A DNA stretch of 64,000 nt. Source: Anaerolineae bacterium (GTDB taxonomy: Bacteria > Chloroflexota > Anaerolineae > Aggregatilineales > Phototrophicaceae). A program made the position numbers and the translations under genes. The stretch lies in contig JAXLWE010000033.1 in NCBI GenBank assembly GCA_046328655.1, forward strand, positions 502 to 64,501. Reading direction: 5' to 3'. Below are positions 35,789 to 45,971 of the stretch, piece after piece (position 1 is the stretch's first letter; each line of letters starts with the position of its first letter). The notes under the pieces are model-generated. The model was not told where the DNA came from. It did no database searches and was given only the letters and a program-made list of their open reading frames with translations.

Positions 35789-37784
35789 CTAAGGTGCGCT
35801 GAACGCGCCCAGCCGCACCAGCGTCTCGCCGGCGTCGCTGCGGGCGACGCGCGCCAGGTCGGGCAGCGTGTAATGCCCGATGTCCACCGTCAGGTTCGCC
35901 GTCCCCGGCGCGATGTCGAAGAAATCCGCCATCACGATCACCCGGTCGCCGACGCGCCACGTCCCGCGCGACAGCGACACGTCCGAGATCGCCAGCGGTT
36001 CTGCGCTCACATCGCTTTCGGCATCCGCAGGTGAGTGGAACTGCTGGTACGTCCCCAGCGCGGCGTCGGCGTCAGCCCGCCACAGCGTCGAGACGCATAA
36101 CCGCTTCCCGAACTCGCCGCGCCCGCCAGCCGAGCAGCGTCGTGCCGTCATCGAACGGGATCGGCTCGATCAGCGTGAAGCCCTGCGGCTCGCTCGCGCC
36201 GTCGTAGCGCGTCGCCACGAACGGCTGCGCTCCTTCGCGGCGCGGATAAGTCTGCACGTCGCGCGCCAGCCCCGCCGCCTCGATTTCTTCCAGCATACCT
36301 GAAACAGCGCGAGCGTTGCCAGCAGCGTCGCCGGATAGGGCGGCAGGATCAGCAAATTATCGCCGTTGAGGATGCGGTAGTCGCGCATCCACAGCAGCGT
36401 CTTGAACACCGCCGCCGCCGCCGGCATGGATAAATCGCCGATGCAGCGAACAGCACCAGGCCATCAACTGGCTGCTTCGGCGTTGCCGCGATTGCGCGGT
36501 CTTGACAGGCGCTGTTGGTGGCGGCCAGCCACGACAATACGTCGGCGTCATAATTGCGCCGACCACGCGCCAGCGCGATCATCAGCAGCGCGACCGCCCG
36601 CCACGCGGATGCCGAGAACAGCAGGCTCTCTCGCGCCCGCCAGCAGCGCCAGCGCGGTGCGCGACCAGTTGATGATCAGCGCACCACATCGCCATGCGCC
36701 GAACGCCAGCGGCGAAATCACCAGCCACGGCAGCGCCAGTTCCGGGGAGGATACGTGACCTCACCCCCGTCTCGCTTCGCTCGCCTTCCCCTCTCCACGA
36801 CGTGGAGAGGGGTGGGTGACCAGGCAAACCGAAGGTTTGCGGTCACACGGGGTGAGGTATTGCACACGCACGCAATCAATCCCATCCCCACCACCGCGCC
36901 CGCCGCGACGACCGTTGCCAGACCCCGGCTGACCGTATCCGCATCACCCATGCCCAGGAACGCCCAGTCCCAGCCGAGCGCCAGCCGCAGCAGGTTGTCG
37001 ACGCCTTGCAGGTCGATTGCCGCCGTCCCGCCGCCGATCACTGTCCGTAGCGGCTCAGGATCGCCAGGTCGACCACCGTCACGTAATAGATGTAAGGGAT
37101 CGTCGCCGCCAGCGCCAGCCCGCGCCGACCAGCGCCGGGACGAGCCGCCGCCACCACTTGAAGCGCACGAGTGGAGGTACGCCGTCGCCGGGACGAGCGC
37201 AAGTCCGCCGCGAAATGCACCTGCACCACGAACAGCCCCAGAAAAACGTTCGCGCCGACGCCGATTCTGCCGAGGCGGTCGTCACGCGCCGCGCCGAGAT
37301 ACCCGGCAGTCGCCCACACCAGCGCCAGCGGCAGGCAGATTCGGCTGCCAGATGCTCCGCCCATACAACACGGCATACAGCGATGCCGCCATATACAGCC
37401 CGGCGATCAGCCCGCCCACGCGCCCCAGCGCCGCGCCAGCCCCACGCCCGCCACCGCCAACAGGCCCCCGATCAGGCTGACGAACCACGTCGCCGCCAGC
37501 GGATCGGGTGAGGCGGCATAGGGCAGGGCGAACAGCCACACGCTCGCCGGGAAGAACGGGATGTCGACCGACGATGGCTGCCCCGCCATGACGACCTCGC
37601 CACCGCGCGCCATGCGCAGCGCGTCCAGGCTGATGTGCGCTTCGTCGCCCGCGAACGAGTTGACGCCGGGGTAGGCGAAGCGCAGCGCCGCCGCCAGCGC
37701 GAGGATCGCCAGCAGCGCGAGCAGTTCGGATTTGGAGATGGATTTTGGTGGGATGATGAACCGCCAAGACGCCAAGATCGCCAA
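35789..37784 (-). CDS. GT-C fold (ArnT/PMT, GT39-like) membrane glycosyltransferase; multiple frameshifts; start uncertain
   Basis: LAAALRF...FAGDEA, YGRSIWQPNL, many TM helices; C-terminal W..GD.V and IGHY..P...R periplasmic domain. Confidence 0.75.
36758..36858. repeat. Palindromic repeat family B copy inside the glycosyltransferase CDS
   Basis: ACCTCACCCC...CCCCTCTCCACGACGTGGAGAGGGG...GCAAACCGAAGGTTTGC...GGGGTGAGGT. Confidence 0.9.
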
Positions 37785-37832
37785 GAAGAAACAATACTAT
37801 CATACTTGGCGCACTTGGCGTCTTGGCGGTTC
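37758..37832. repeat. Palindromic repeat family C (periodic CGCCAAG arms)
   Basis: GAACCGCCAAGACGCCAAGATCGCCAAG / CTTGGCGCACTTGGCGTCTTGGCGGTTC. Confidence 0.85.
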
Positions 37833-37841
37833 GATGGCTTT

Positions 37842-38483
37842 TTACCGCCCGCGCTTGCTGACGGCGATCTCGCCTTCGGAGTCGATGTAGTAGCGCGGCT
37901 CGGCTTCGATGTCCTCTTCCACGAGTTCGAGGCGGCTGGCGCGCTTGGCTTTGCCGGAGGGCAGCAGCCAGTTGTTGATCCGGTACAGCGCCATCGCCGA
38001 CCAGCGCGTCAGCCGGACGCTGAGCAGGTGCAGGTCGATGGTCAGCGGCGCGAGCAGCAGCACCTCGATTGCCAGCGGCAGCAGGATCACCCACGAGATC
38101 GTGAACGACACGATGCCGAGCGGGAATTTCGCCAGCAGGTAAAGCGCGCTGCGCCACGTCGCCCAACTGCCGAGGTACATCCCCAGCCGCTCGCCCAGAT
38201 TCGCGCCGCGCGTGTCCACGTCGTCGAAGTCCGGCGGCGCGTCCACGTCGAGGATTTCCGCCATGATGCGCCGATCCACCAGCGCCAGCGTGCGCGTGGT
38301 CGCCAGCATGAACAGCAGCAGCGGAATCCCGATCAGCACGAACGACAGGCTGAGCGCCAGCGCGAACCCGCCGACGATATAGATGAAATACACCAGCCCG
38401 AACCAGAAATTGGCGAACAGCGCCAGCCAACTGCGGAATACTTTGCCGTCCGTTAGCGCGTCGAGCCAGGAATAGTTGTTCAT
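37842..38483 (-). CDS. Stand-alone 'putative sensor' membrane domain protein
   Basis: YFIYIVGG..LSLSFVLIGIPLL, TWRSALYLLAKFPLG pattern typical of the membrane sensor domain. Confidence 0.7.
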   Translation of the reverse strand: MNNYSWLDALTDGKVFRSWLALFANFWFGLVYFIYIVGGFALALSLSFVLIGIPLLLFMLATTRTLALVDRRIMAEILDVDAPPDFDDVDTRGANLGERLGMYLGSWATWRSALYLLAKFPLGIVSFTISWVILLPLAIEVLLLAPLTIDLHLLSVRLTRWSAMALYRINNWLLPSGKAKRASRLELVEEDIEAEPRYYIDSEGEIAVSKRGR

Positions 38484-38561
38484 AAGCACCCGTTCAGCCG
38501 TTGGGGGTCGCGGTACTTTCTATTGTACGCGCGAATTGGCGCTGAAGTTGCAGAGCGGCGC

Positions 38562-39908
38562 TTATCCGGTGCAGTCGGGCAGCTCCGTCAGGTCGATCAG
38601 CCACAAGCCGCCGTTGACGCCGTCCGCCGCCAGCGCGATCTGGCTTTCGTCGGGCGACAGCCACCACCAGGCGCGCTCGTCGTCGGCGAGCTTGAGCGGC
38701 AGCGGCGCGAGGTCGTGAAGCTGTCCCTCGTCGCGGTTGAAGCTTGTGCAGGCGCGGCTCGCCATTGACCGGCAAGGCGACGTAAATCCGGTCGATCAGA
38801 TCGGATTCGGGGTTCGCCAGCGGGATCGGCGCGGGAAGTTGTTGCCGGGCGGCTCGGCTTCGAACTGAAGCTCGAAGAAGCCGTTGGTGACGACGTACAG
38901 GTAATAGCCGGTCACGTCCTCGAACGTCCCGGCGACGACCACGCGCCGCCCGTCGCGCGAAAGCCCCGGCGCGATCACCGACGGTGGATTGCGGTCGAGC
39001 GCCGGGCTGATTACGCGCGCTTCGGCGTCGGCGACGAAGTAGTACACCGGGTCGCCATACGCGCCGAAGTAGTAGGCGATGAAGCGCTCCTCCGGCTGCC
39101 AGTAGATCCCCTTCAGGCTGCGGCTGTTGAGGGAGTTGTACAAGCCGCGCCGGAATGTCCCGGTGATGGAAGCGGTCAGGAAATCGTTGCGCGCGTTCTG
39201 GTAGACGACGCGGTCGCCGTCCGGGGCGAAGCGCATCATCGAATGGGCGAAGGTCGCGTCGTCCGAAAGCTCAAGCCGCTCCCGCATCGTCTCGTTGGCG
39301 TCACCGGCGTGCGGCGGCGTGATCCGGGTTCGGGTTTCGGCTGCCGTGTCGTAGCTGTACCACGTCCACTCGGTGAACAGGTCGGTTTCGCAGCCCGTCG
39401 AGTAGCGTAAGCTGTTATCATCGATCCACTCGACGTTGACCGTCTCGTCGCTGGTGACGCGCAGGATGCCGTCCGCCAATGGTGCGACTTCGGTCGGCGG
39501 CACGCTGTCCCCCTGCACACTGATCTCGACGCGCTCGACGGTGCTGTCCGCCTCGGTCAGTTCGAGCGGCACGCTGAACATCTGCGTCATCTGCGGCTGC
39601 AAAACGAAATCCGGCAGCAGACCGACACCGCAGGCGTTGACCAGCACGCCGATGCCTTCGCCAATCGCGCTGTCCTGCGAATCGAACGCAGCGGCGCTCA
39701 GACTGATGCTGGCGTAGGCGTCGGGGCTGGAATTGACGACCATGCCGACGGCTTCGACCACCGGCTGACCGAAATCGCCGATGCCGCTCACGATCTGCAC
39801 GTCATCGACCGTCAAGCCGGGGGTGGGTGCTTCGGTGGGCTGCTGCGACGGCACGAAACCGCCGAACAGCAGGATAATCAGGGCGCTGGAAAACCGGATC
39901 AGCGTCAT
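38562..39908 (-). CDS. Secreted protein: FxLYD-like N-terminal domain plus beta-propeller; frameshift near 38820
   Basis: Signal peptide; VGMVVN...AAAFDSQD; FAPDGDRVVY, LSRDGRRVV, LSPDESQIA repeats. Confidence 0.65.
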
Positions 39909-39915
39909 TGCTCCG

Positions 39916-40185
39916 TTATGCTTTCACCTTTCGAGCGCCGGGATGAATCCCTTGCAGCATCCCGGCGACGGATAAATCTTCATCCAGTTCATCCCAGTGA
40001 ATTCCCGCAGGCGAAAGCTCGTAAGCGAGGCGCTGTTCCGAAGTTGCGTTCATCAGGCGTGGATACCAGCTCAGAGGCGTGGCGATTTCCCGCCCATCTG
40101 CCAGCGAGACGCGCAGCATGTTTTCGCTGAATTCAACGCTCACCGGGCGATTCCAATCGTTGGGAGTGACATCGTCATTCGTCAT
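39916..40185 (-). CDS. DUF2442 family protein
   Basis: LRVSLADGREIATPLSWYPRL..AT..QR...GIHWDELDEDLSV. Confidence 0.88.
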   Translation of the reverse strand: MTNDDVTPNDWNRPVSVEFSENMLRVSLADGREIATPLSWYPRLMNATSEQRLAYELSPAGIHWDELDEDLSVAGMLQGIHPGARKVKA

Positions 40186-40423
40186 GTTCTTCCTCAAAAA
40201 ACTCTACCCACGCTTTAATGAGGATGTCCAGATTGTCGGCGATATGATGTTCTATCTGTCGCCGCTCACGCTCATTGTAACCTTGATTCCATGCCGGTTT
40301 GACCGGACTAAGCCAGAACTTTGCTTCTCCATCGGCTGAACGCACGTGAATGTGTGCTGGCTCGGCGTTTTCGTTCGAGTAGAAGAAAAAGCGATAACCG
40401 CCTATGCGCAGCACGGTGGGCAC
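40175..40423 (-). CDS. DUF4160 family protein
   Basis: MPTVLRIGGYRFFFYSNE..EPAHIHV...EAKFWL; GTG start; overlaps the DUF2442 start. Confidence 0.88.
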   Translation of the reverse strand: MPTVLRIGGYRFFFYSNENAEPAHIHVRSADGEAKFWLSPVKPAWNQGYNERERRQIEHHIADNLDILIKAWVEFFEEEHDE

Positions 40424-40428
40424 GTAAT

Positions 40429-41493
40429 CTACCCCCCGACGCGCGTGAGAGCCTGCTTCGCCAGCGTGAAATCGGGGTTGCGCCATGCCGCTACCTCGAA
40501 ATTCGACTTCGCCCGCTGGAGATCGCCTTCGGCTTCGTAGGCTAGCCCGGCGTAATAGTAGCTTTCCTCGACGCCCGGCGTTGTGGCGATCACGTCGCGC
40601 GCCAGCGTCAGCATGTCGTCGTAGCGCTGCTCGTGATAGTATGCCTCAAATGGTCCATACTGATACCACATCATGCGGAAGGGCAAGCCGATGCCGCGCG
40701 CCCGGTCGAAGGCGTCGGCAGCTTCGGCATACCGCCCCAGATCGACCAGCGACGATCCCATGTTGAACAGCGTGAACGAGTCGCTATTGCCGCCATCCAG
40801 TTCCTGCTGCGAAAGCTGGAGCGCGACCTCGTTGGCGTAAGTCGCGTCCCAGTAATCGCCCACGATCGACTCGACTTTCGCCTCATCCTCCGGGCGGTAC
40901 AGCACCATGAAATCGCGGTTGAAGGGTCGCCAGCGGCTGTCGATGTCGGCATACGGGATCGGGCGTCCGGTGTCGTCAGGTCCGTTGCCGAGCAGCGAAT
41001 CGAACACGTAGATTTCCTGCTTGGCGTCGTCGTAGCCCATGACCACCCGGTTGTGCGACATCCAGTCGTTGAAGGCGTTCGGTCCGTCGTAGTATACGTT
41101 CTCCATCAGCACGGGGAAGCCGCCGGCCACCAGCGCCCGCAGCAGGTCGAGCGTGCCGCCGTTGCGGTAGAGACCACTCAAGCCCTGCTGGGCGGCGAAA
41201 TCGACCATCTCGTCCAGGCGCACGGCGACATCTTCGGCGTTGGGGTTCAGCGCGCGGATCGTGTCGCTGTACGTCCCCTGCCAGCCGAAATACGACAGGT
41301 GGATCGTCAGCGCCGCCGCCGAACAGCGGTTGAACTGCTGGTACACCGGGCGCAGCCCGGTCAGGCGCGCGCTCGGTGGCAGCGGTGTGGAAGCGACGTA
41401 GGGATGAACGTCCGCGCTTGGCATGGACTCCTGCGCGTAGGCGCTGCTAACGGTGATCAGCAGAGCGGCAATCAACAGGATAAAGGCTTTCAT
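40429..41493 (-). CDS. Secreted C39-like cysteine peptidase with TPR repeats
   Basis: QQFNRCSAA (Cys), SHNRVVMGYD (His), VFDS (Asp); C-terminal TPR helices. Confidence 0.82.
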   Translation of the reverse strand: MKAFILLIAALLITVSSAYAQESMPSADVHPYVASTPLPPSARLTGLRPVYQQFNRCSAAALTIHLSYFGWQGTYSDTIRALNPNAEDVAVRLDEMVDFAAQQGLSGLYRNGGTLDLLRALVAGGFPVLMENVYYDGPNAFNDWMSHNRVVMGYDDAKQEIYVFDSLLGNGPDDTGRPIPYADIDSRWRPFNRDFMVLYRPEDEAKVESIVGDYWDATYANEVALQLSQQELDGGNSDSFTLFNMGSSLVDLGRYAEAADAFDRARGIGLPFRMMWYQYGPFEAYYHEQRYDDMLTLARDVIATTPGVEESYYYAGLAYEAEGDLQRAKSNFEVAAWRNPDFTLAKQALTRVGG

Positions 41494-41595
41494 CAACCCA
41501 ATACTCACCTGTCCAGCAAACGAGCCGCATTGTACAGCAACCCCCCAGCCGCTGCCAATGAGGATACGATGAGTACGAGGGGTGCTGTCACTGCG

Positions 41596-42906
41596 CTAGC
41601 TGCCGAGCTGCACCAGCACGATGCCCCCAGAGGGCGAGCGCGACAGCAGGATCGTGTTGTTCGCGCCCCACGTCAGCGACTGCCAGCGCCCCAGGTTCGG
41701 CGTGTTGTAGTCGCCCTCGAGCAGCAACCGCCCCGCTTCGCCGGGCGTGCCAGTAATGTACAGACCGTTGTCATCGGAGCTTTCCCGGTCGTTGACCAGA
41801 TACGCCAGCGCCGAGCCGTCCGGCGACCACGCTGCGCCGACGACGAATTGATCCGGGTCGACGAGCAGGATTTGCCGGTTCTCAATATCGAGAATCTTGA
41901 CCAGGCTATCTTCCGGCTGGCGGCGCCTAAAATCTGTCGGCGGGGTGAACAGCAGCGCGTAGCGACCATCGGCGGATGCTTCGACGCCGCTCACTTGCAG
42001 CGTCTCTCTGTCGATTGCCACGATCTGCTGCGCGTCCGAGCCGTCCAGATTGCTCACCCAGATGCCGCGATAATCCGAGTCTCCGGCGGGCGCGTCGTTG
42101 TAGACCAGCCGCTCTTCGACGGTGCTCAGCCCGTATATCGAGACCGGGTCGCTTGTCTGGATCGTGCCGAGCTTGGTCAGCTCGCTGCCATCCGGCTGGA
42201 TCGTGTAGATGTCGGGCGGCTGGTGCTCGCCGTTGATGCGGTTGTAGCGCAGAAACAGGATACGACCATCCGGCAGCCAGTCCGGCAATACGTCGATGTT
42301 TTTCCAGGTGTCATTCGAGAGGCTCAGGCGATCCTGTTTGTCGTTGGTGATGTCGCGCAGCTCGCCCGTTTGCGTATCCCATACCCAGATGTCGGGATCC
42401 ATGAGAAGCTGGAAGAAATTCTCATGAAATGTCAGATAGCGGCTGTCCGGCGACCAGCGCACCGATTCGCTGTCCAGCGACCTGAGTTCTTCCGGCAGCT
42501 CGACGCAGCTTTGCTCGGCATCACCCGCGTAGAGGCATACCGCTTCGCCCAGATGCGCGAACACTTCGCCGCTGGGCGCGAGATAGGCTGCCTGGCGGGC
42601 GGGTCCCGCCAGCAGATCGATATCGGTTGTGCCCGTGACCTGTAGGCTCGATACGTCGATGACTTCCGGCGTAGATAGCGTGGTCGCGGACGGCTGAGCG
42701 GTCGCCGTCAGCGCCGCTTCGAGCGCCGCCTGAATCGTCTGTGTAGCGGCGATCTGCGTCGGCGCTTGCGCGGTCTGCGCCAGCAGCGTGCCGACGGCAG
42801 CGTCGATGGTCGGCTGCGTGAGCGGCTGGTCGTCCTGTGCCTGGGAGACGAGAACCGCGCCCGTGCTCAGCAGGCACAGGATGATCAACAGGCGGCGCTT
42901 GAGCAT
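41596..42906 (-). CDS. Secreted TolB-like beta-propeller protein
   Basis: Signal peptide, Thr/Ala-rich linker, WSPDSRYL, WLPDGRIL, ASADGRY, WSPDGSALAY. Confidence 0.82.
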   Translation of the reverse strand: MLKRRLLIILCLLSTGAVLVSQAQDDQPLTQPTIDAAVGTLLAQTAQAPTQIAATQTIQAALEAALTATAQPSATTLSTPEVIDVSSLQVTGTTDIDLLAGPARQAAYLAPSGEVFAHLGEAVCLYAGDAEQSCVELPEELRSLDSESVRWSPDSRYLTFHENFFQLLMDPDIWVWDTQTGELRDITNDKQDRLSLSNDTWKNIDVLPDWLPDGRILFLRYNRINGEHQPPDIYTIQPDGSELTKLGTIQTSDPVSIYGLSTVEERLVYNDAPAGDSDYRGIWVSNLDGSDAQQIVAIDRETLQVSGVEASADGRYALLFTPPTDFRRRQPEDSLVKILDIENRQILLVDPDQFVVGAAWSPDGSALAYLVNDRESSDDNGLYITGTPGEAGRLLLEGDYNTPNLGRWQSLTWGANNTILLSRSPSGGIVLVQLGS

Positions 42907-42916
42907 AATATCCCCC

Positions 42917-43870
42917 TCAGGTGACGGTCGCGCCAGTGAAGAAGCGCCTGAGCGCTGCCCCCGCCGTCGCATCCTTCAAATAAGCGATATTTTCCCCCGC
43001 GAACGGGCGCGGCTGCAAGTTGAACTCGCTGACGAGCGCATTGTCCGCGACTGTGTTCGGCTCTTTGAGCAGTTCCAGCAGCGTCAGGTTGACCGGCGTG
43101 CCCGGCAGTACCTTTTCCATTACCCACACCGCCGGGCGCAGCAGCCCGGCTGGCGCGTTGATCAGGATGCGGCTGGCGTTCATGGCAGCGAGGACGCGCT
43201 TCTCGATCTCGCCCAGCGTCAGCACTTCGGGACCGCCGAGCTTGTATTCCTTGCCGATGGTGGCGTCGTCGTCCAGCGACCGCGCGATCACATCGACCAC
43301 GTCGTAGATCGACACCGGCTGGAACAGCGCCGTGCCGCCCCCGACTAGCGGAAAGACCAGCGGTGTCAGCCGGACGAGCCGGGCGAAGGCGTTGAAAAAC
43401 TCGTCCTGCGGACCATAAATTACCGATGGACGCAGAACCGTCCACTTCAGCCCGGACTGCATGACGTACTGCTGCGCGCGCCCCTTGCTCCGTAAAAAGC
43501 GCGAGAAATGCTGCGGGTCGGAGCCGTTCTGCGCCATGTGGACGAAGCGCTCGACCCCGGCATCGCGCGCGGCATCGACCACGTTGATCGTGCCCTGATA
43601 ATTCACATTCTCATAGGTCGCCCTGCCGCGCTCCATCGGGATCGCCACCGTATGCACGATGGCGGTAGCGCCGTCCATCAGCCGCTTCAGCCCGGCGCGG
43701 TCGCCTACATCGCCCACCATGATCTCGATCTGGCTGCCGAGATCGCCCAGCCGCTGCTGCCCCTTGTCGGCGCTGCGCACCATCGCGCGCACCGGCTTGC
43801 CCGCCGCTACCAGCCGCCGCACCGCGTTGTTGCCGACGAACCCGGCGGCTCCGGTCACGAGAATCGTCAT
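42917..43870 (-). CDS. NDUFA9-like atypical SDR / NAD-dependent epimerase
   Basis: ILVTGAAGFVG, VNYQGT, FLRSKG, LRPSVIYG, FQPVSI. Confidence 0.9.
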   Translation of the reverse strand: MTILVTGAAGFVGNNAVRRLVAAGKPVRAMVRSADKGQQRLGDLGSQIEIMVGDVGDRAGLKRLMDGATAIVHTVAIPMERGRATYENVNYQGTINVVDAARDAGVERFVHMAQNGSDPQHFSRFLRSKGRAQQYVMQSGLKWTVLRPSVIYGPQDEFFNAFARLVRLTPLVFPLVGGGTALFQPVSIYDVVDVIARSLDDDATIGKEYKLGGPEVLTLGEIEKRVLAAMNASRILINAPAGLLRPAVWVMEKVLPGTPVNLTLLELLKEPNTVADNALVSEFNLQPRPFAGENIAYLKDATAGAALRRFFTGATVT

Positions 43871-43935
43871 GATTGGCTCCTGTTCAACCTGTGTCGTTAT
43901 ATGCGAATAGTATATCGCGTGAGGTGAGCAGCCGA

Positions 43936-45884
43936 TTAACCGCTGACCGTGATCGTCGCCAGCGTCAGATAGTCACCATCGCCAACCGCCAGCCGCGCAT
44001 TGGGATCGTCCACATCGTACAGCCCGACGATCAGCGTATATTCGCCCGGCGGCACGTCGAGCAGCAGGGCATGGGCGTCGCCGACGGTATCGCCGGGCGT
44101 CCAGGTCGTCGTCAGCGCCAAGCCGCCGCCCGGCTCGCTGTCGCGCTGTGCCGCCAGAGTCCCGTTGGCGTCCAGCAGTTGTAGAAACACCTTGTAGCGC
44201 GTCGTCAGCGGAGCATCGGTGCGCCAGTCGAGCCGGACTTGCAGCGCGTCGCCCGCTGGACGGTCTCGCTGCTCAGGCCTCGTCCACCAGCTCGAACAGA
44301 TCCGCCGAAGCGCGCGCCGCTCTGCGTGATCTGCGGCGCGACCGGCGCTGGCGTAGCGCGCCCGGCCGCACGTCGCCGAACCAGCGCTCGTCCGGCTCGA
44401 ACGCGCCGCTGTCGACGTCGTCTCGACCACCCGCTGCGGGTCGCGCTCGGTTTCGCCCCAGAACACGGCGAACGCTCGCCTGTGCTGCGCGATGATCTGC
44501 TCGACGCGGGCGCGGGTGGCGTCGTCGTCGCCGCCCAGCCCCTCCGGCAGCGTGTGAACCGGCGCGCCGCCGCGATAGTAATAGCGGAACACTTCCTCCT
44601 GATTTGGCGCGTCGAGGATGATCGCGTCGTCGTCGCGCAGCGTCGCTTCAATCGTCTGGACGATGCCCCGGTAGTCGGCGCGCTGGTATGCCGGGTCGTC
44701 GTACAGCAGCTGAGAACGCCGTCACGCCGCTGCCGCCGCCATCACGACGCTCAGCAGTGCCGCCCAGCGCGGCGTGCTCTGCGCCAGCCACGCCGCGAAG
44801 TCGCGCCGCCGCCCGTATTTCAGGCGCAGATGCCACAGCACCCACACCCCGCGCCCGATCCACAGCGCCATGCCGATCTGCGCCGGGAGCAGCAGCTTGA
44901 CGTTATCCAGCCGGAACAAGCCGAGCGCCAGGAACACCCCGACCGGCACGACTACCCACGCCACCGGATCACCACCTGCCACAGCGTCCGCCGCGCCACG
45001 ATCAGCAGCCCGAACAGCAGCAGCAGCGCCGGGATCGCCAGCGGCACGTTCGAGACGGTGCTGCCGTAGGTCAGCCACGCCAACACCGTATTGACGGCTT
45101 CCGCGAACGGCGTCGTGTCCCCAGTGTTGGGCCACGTCGTGATCTGGTGTAGGGCGGTCGGCAGCCAGGGCAGGTGCAACTGCAGGATCGCCAGCACGTT
45201 CGCGGCGACGTAGAGCAGCAAAGTGCGCGAGACCTCACCCCCGTCTCGCTCTGCTCCATTCCCCCTCTCCACTGTTAGCGAAGCGGCGTGGAAGGGGACG
45301 AGCTGAGGTTTGTCACCACCCACACCAATGCGACTACGCCCTGCGCCAGCATCACGAACGGGAAGGCGTACCGTCCACAAGCCCGCCGCGTTGAACAGCC
45401 CCAGCGCCAGCGCCCAGCGCATTTTCCGCTGCAACAGCCCCGCCAGTGCCCAAGCTCGCCGCCGCCCACAGCGCCAGCAGCGCGTACATGCGCGCTTCCT
45501 GCGCGTAGTAGATGCGAACGTGTTCAGAGCGATCAAAATCGCCGCCGTGATGCCCGCCGCCCAGCCATACAGCCGCCTGCCGAGCGCAGCGGCGAAGGCG
45601 ATGCTCAGCACGCTTGCCAGCGCCGAGAGCGACCGCAGCGCGAACTCGCTCGTCCCGGTCAGCAGCCGCCAGCCCGCCAGCAGCCAGTAATAGCCCGGCG
45701 GGTGGATGTCGCGCCCGGCGTTGGCGGCGATCTCCGCGAACGGGCGCAGCGCCTGTACGTAGCTGCTGCCCTCGTCGTTCCACAGCGACTGCGCGCCGAG
45801 CAGGTGGAATCGCAGCCCCGCCGCCACCAGCAGCACGGCTGTCAGTATCAGGAGAGGGAGGGCTTTGTCGCGGAGGCGCAGCAT
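43936..45884 (-). CDS. GT-C fold (GT39/PMT-like) membrane glycosyltransferase; multiple frameshifts
   Basis: LRFHLLGAQSLWNDEG, DIHPPGYY, SEFALRSLS, YYAQEARMY; C-terminal YKVFLQL...Q.D..P...W.PGD...VGLYD. Confidence 0.85.
45232..45309. repeat. Palindromic repeat family B copy inside the second glycosyltransferase CDS
   Basis: ACCTCACCCCCGTCTCGC...CCCCTCTCCAC...GTGGAAGGGG...TGAGGT. Confidence 0.85.
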
Positions 45885-45888
45885 ACCA

Positions 45889-45966
45889 ACCTCACCCCGC
45901 CTCGCTGCGCTCGACACCCCTCTCCACGTCGTGGAGGGAAGCAACCGAAGGTTGCGGGGGTGAGGT
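45889..45966. repeat. Palindromic repeat family B copy between the GH and GT genes
   Basis: ACCTCACCCC...CCCCTCTCCACGTCGTGGAGGG..GCAACCGAAGGTTGC.GGGGTGAGGT. Confidence 0.85.
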
Positions 45967-45971
45967 CGGTC

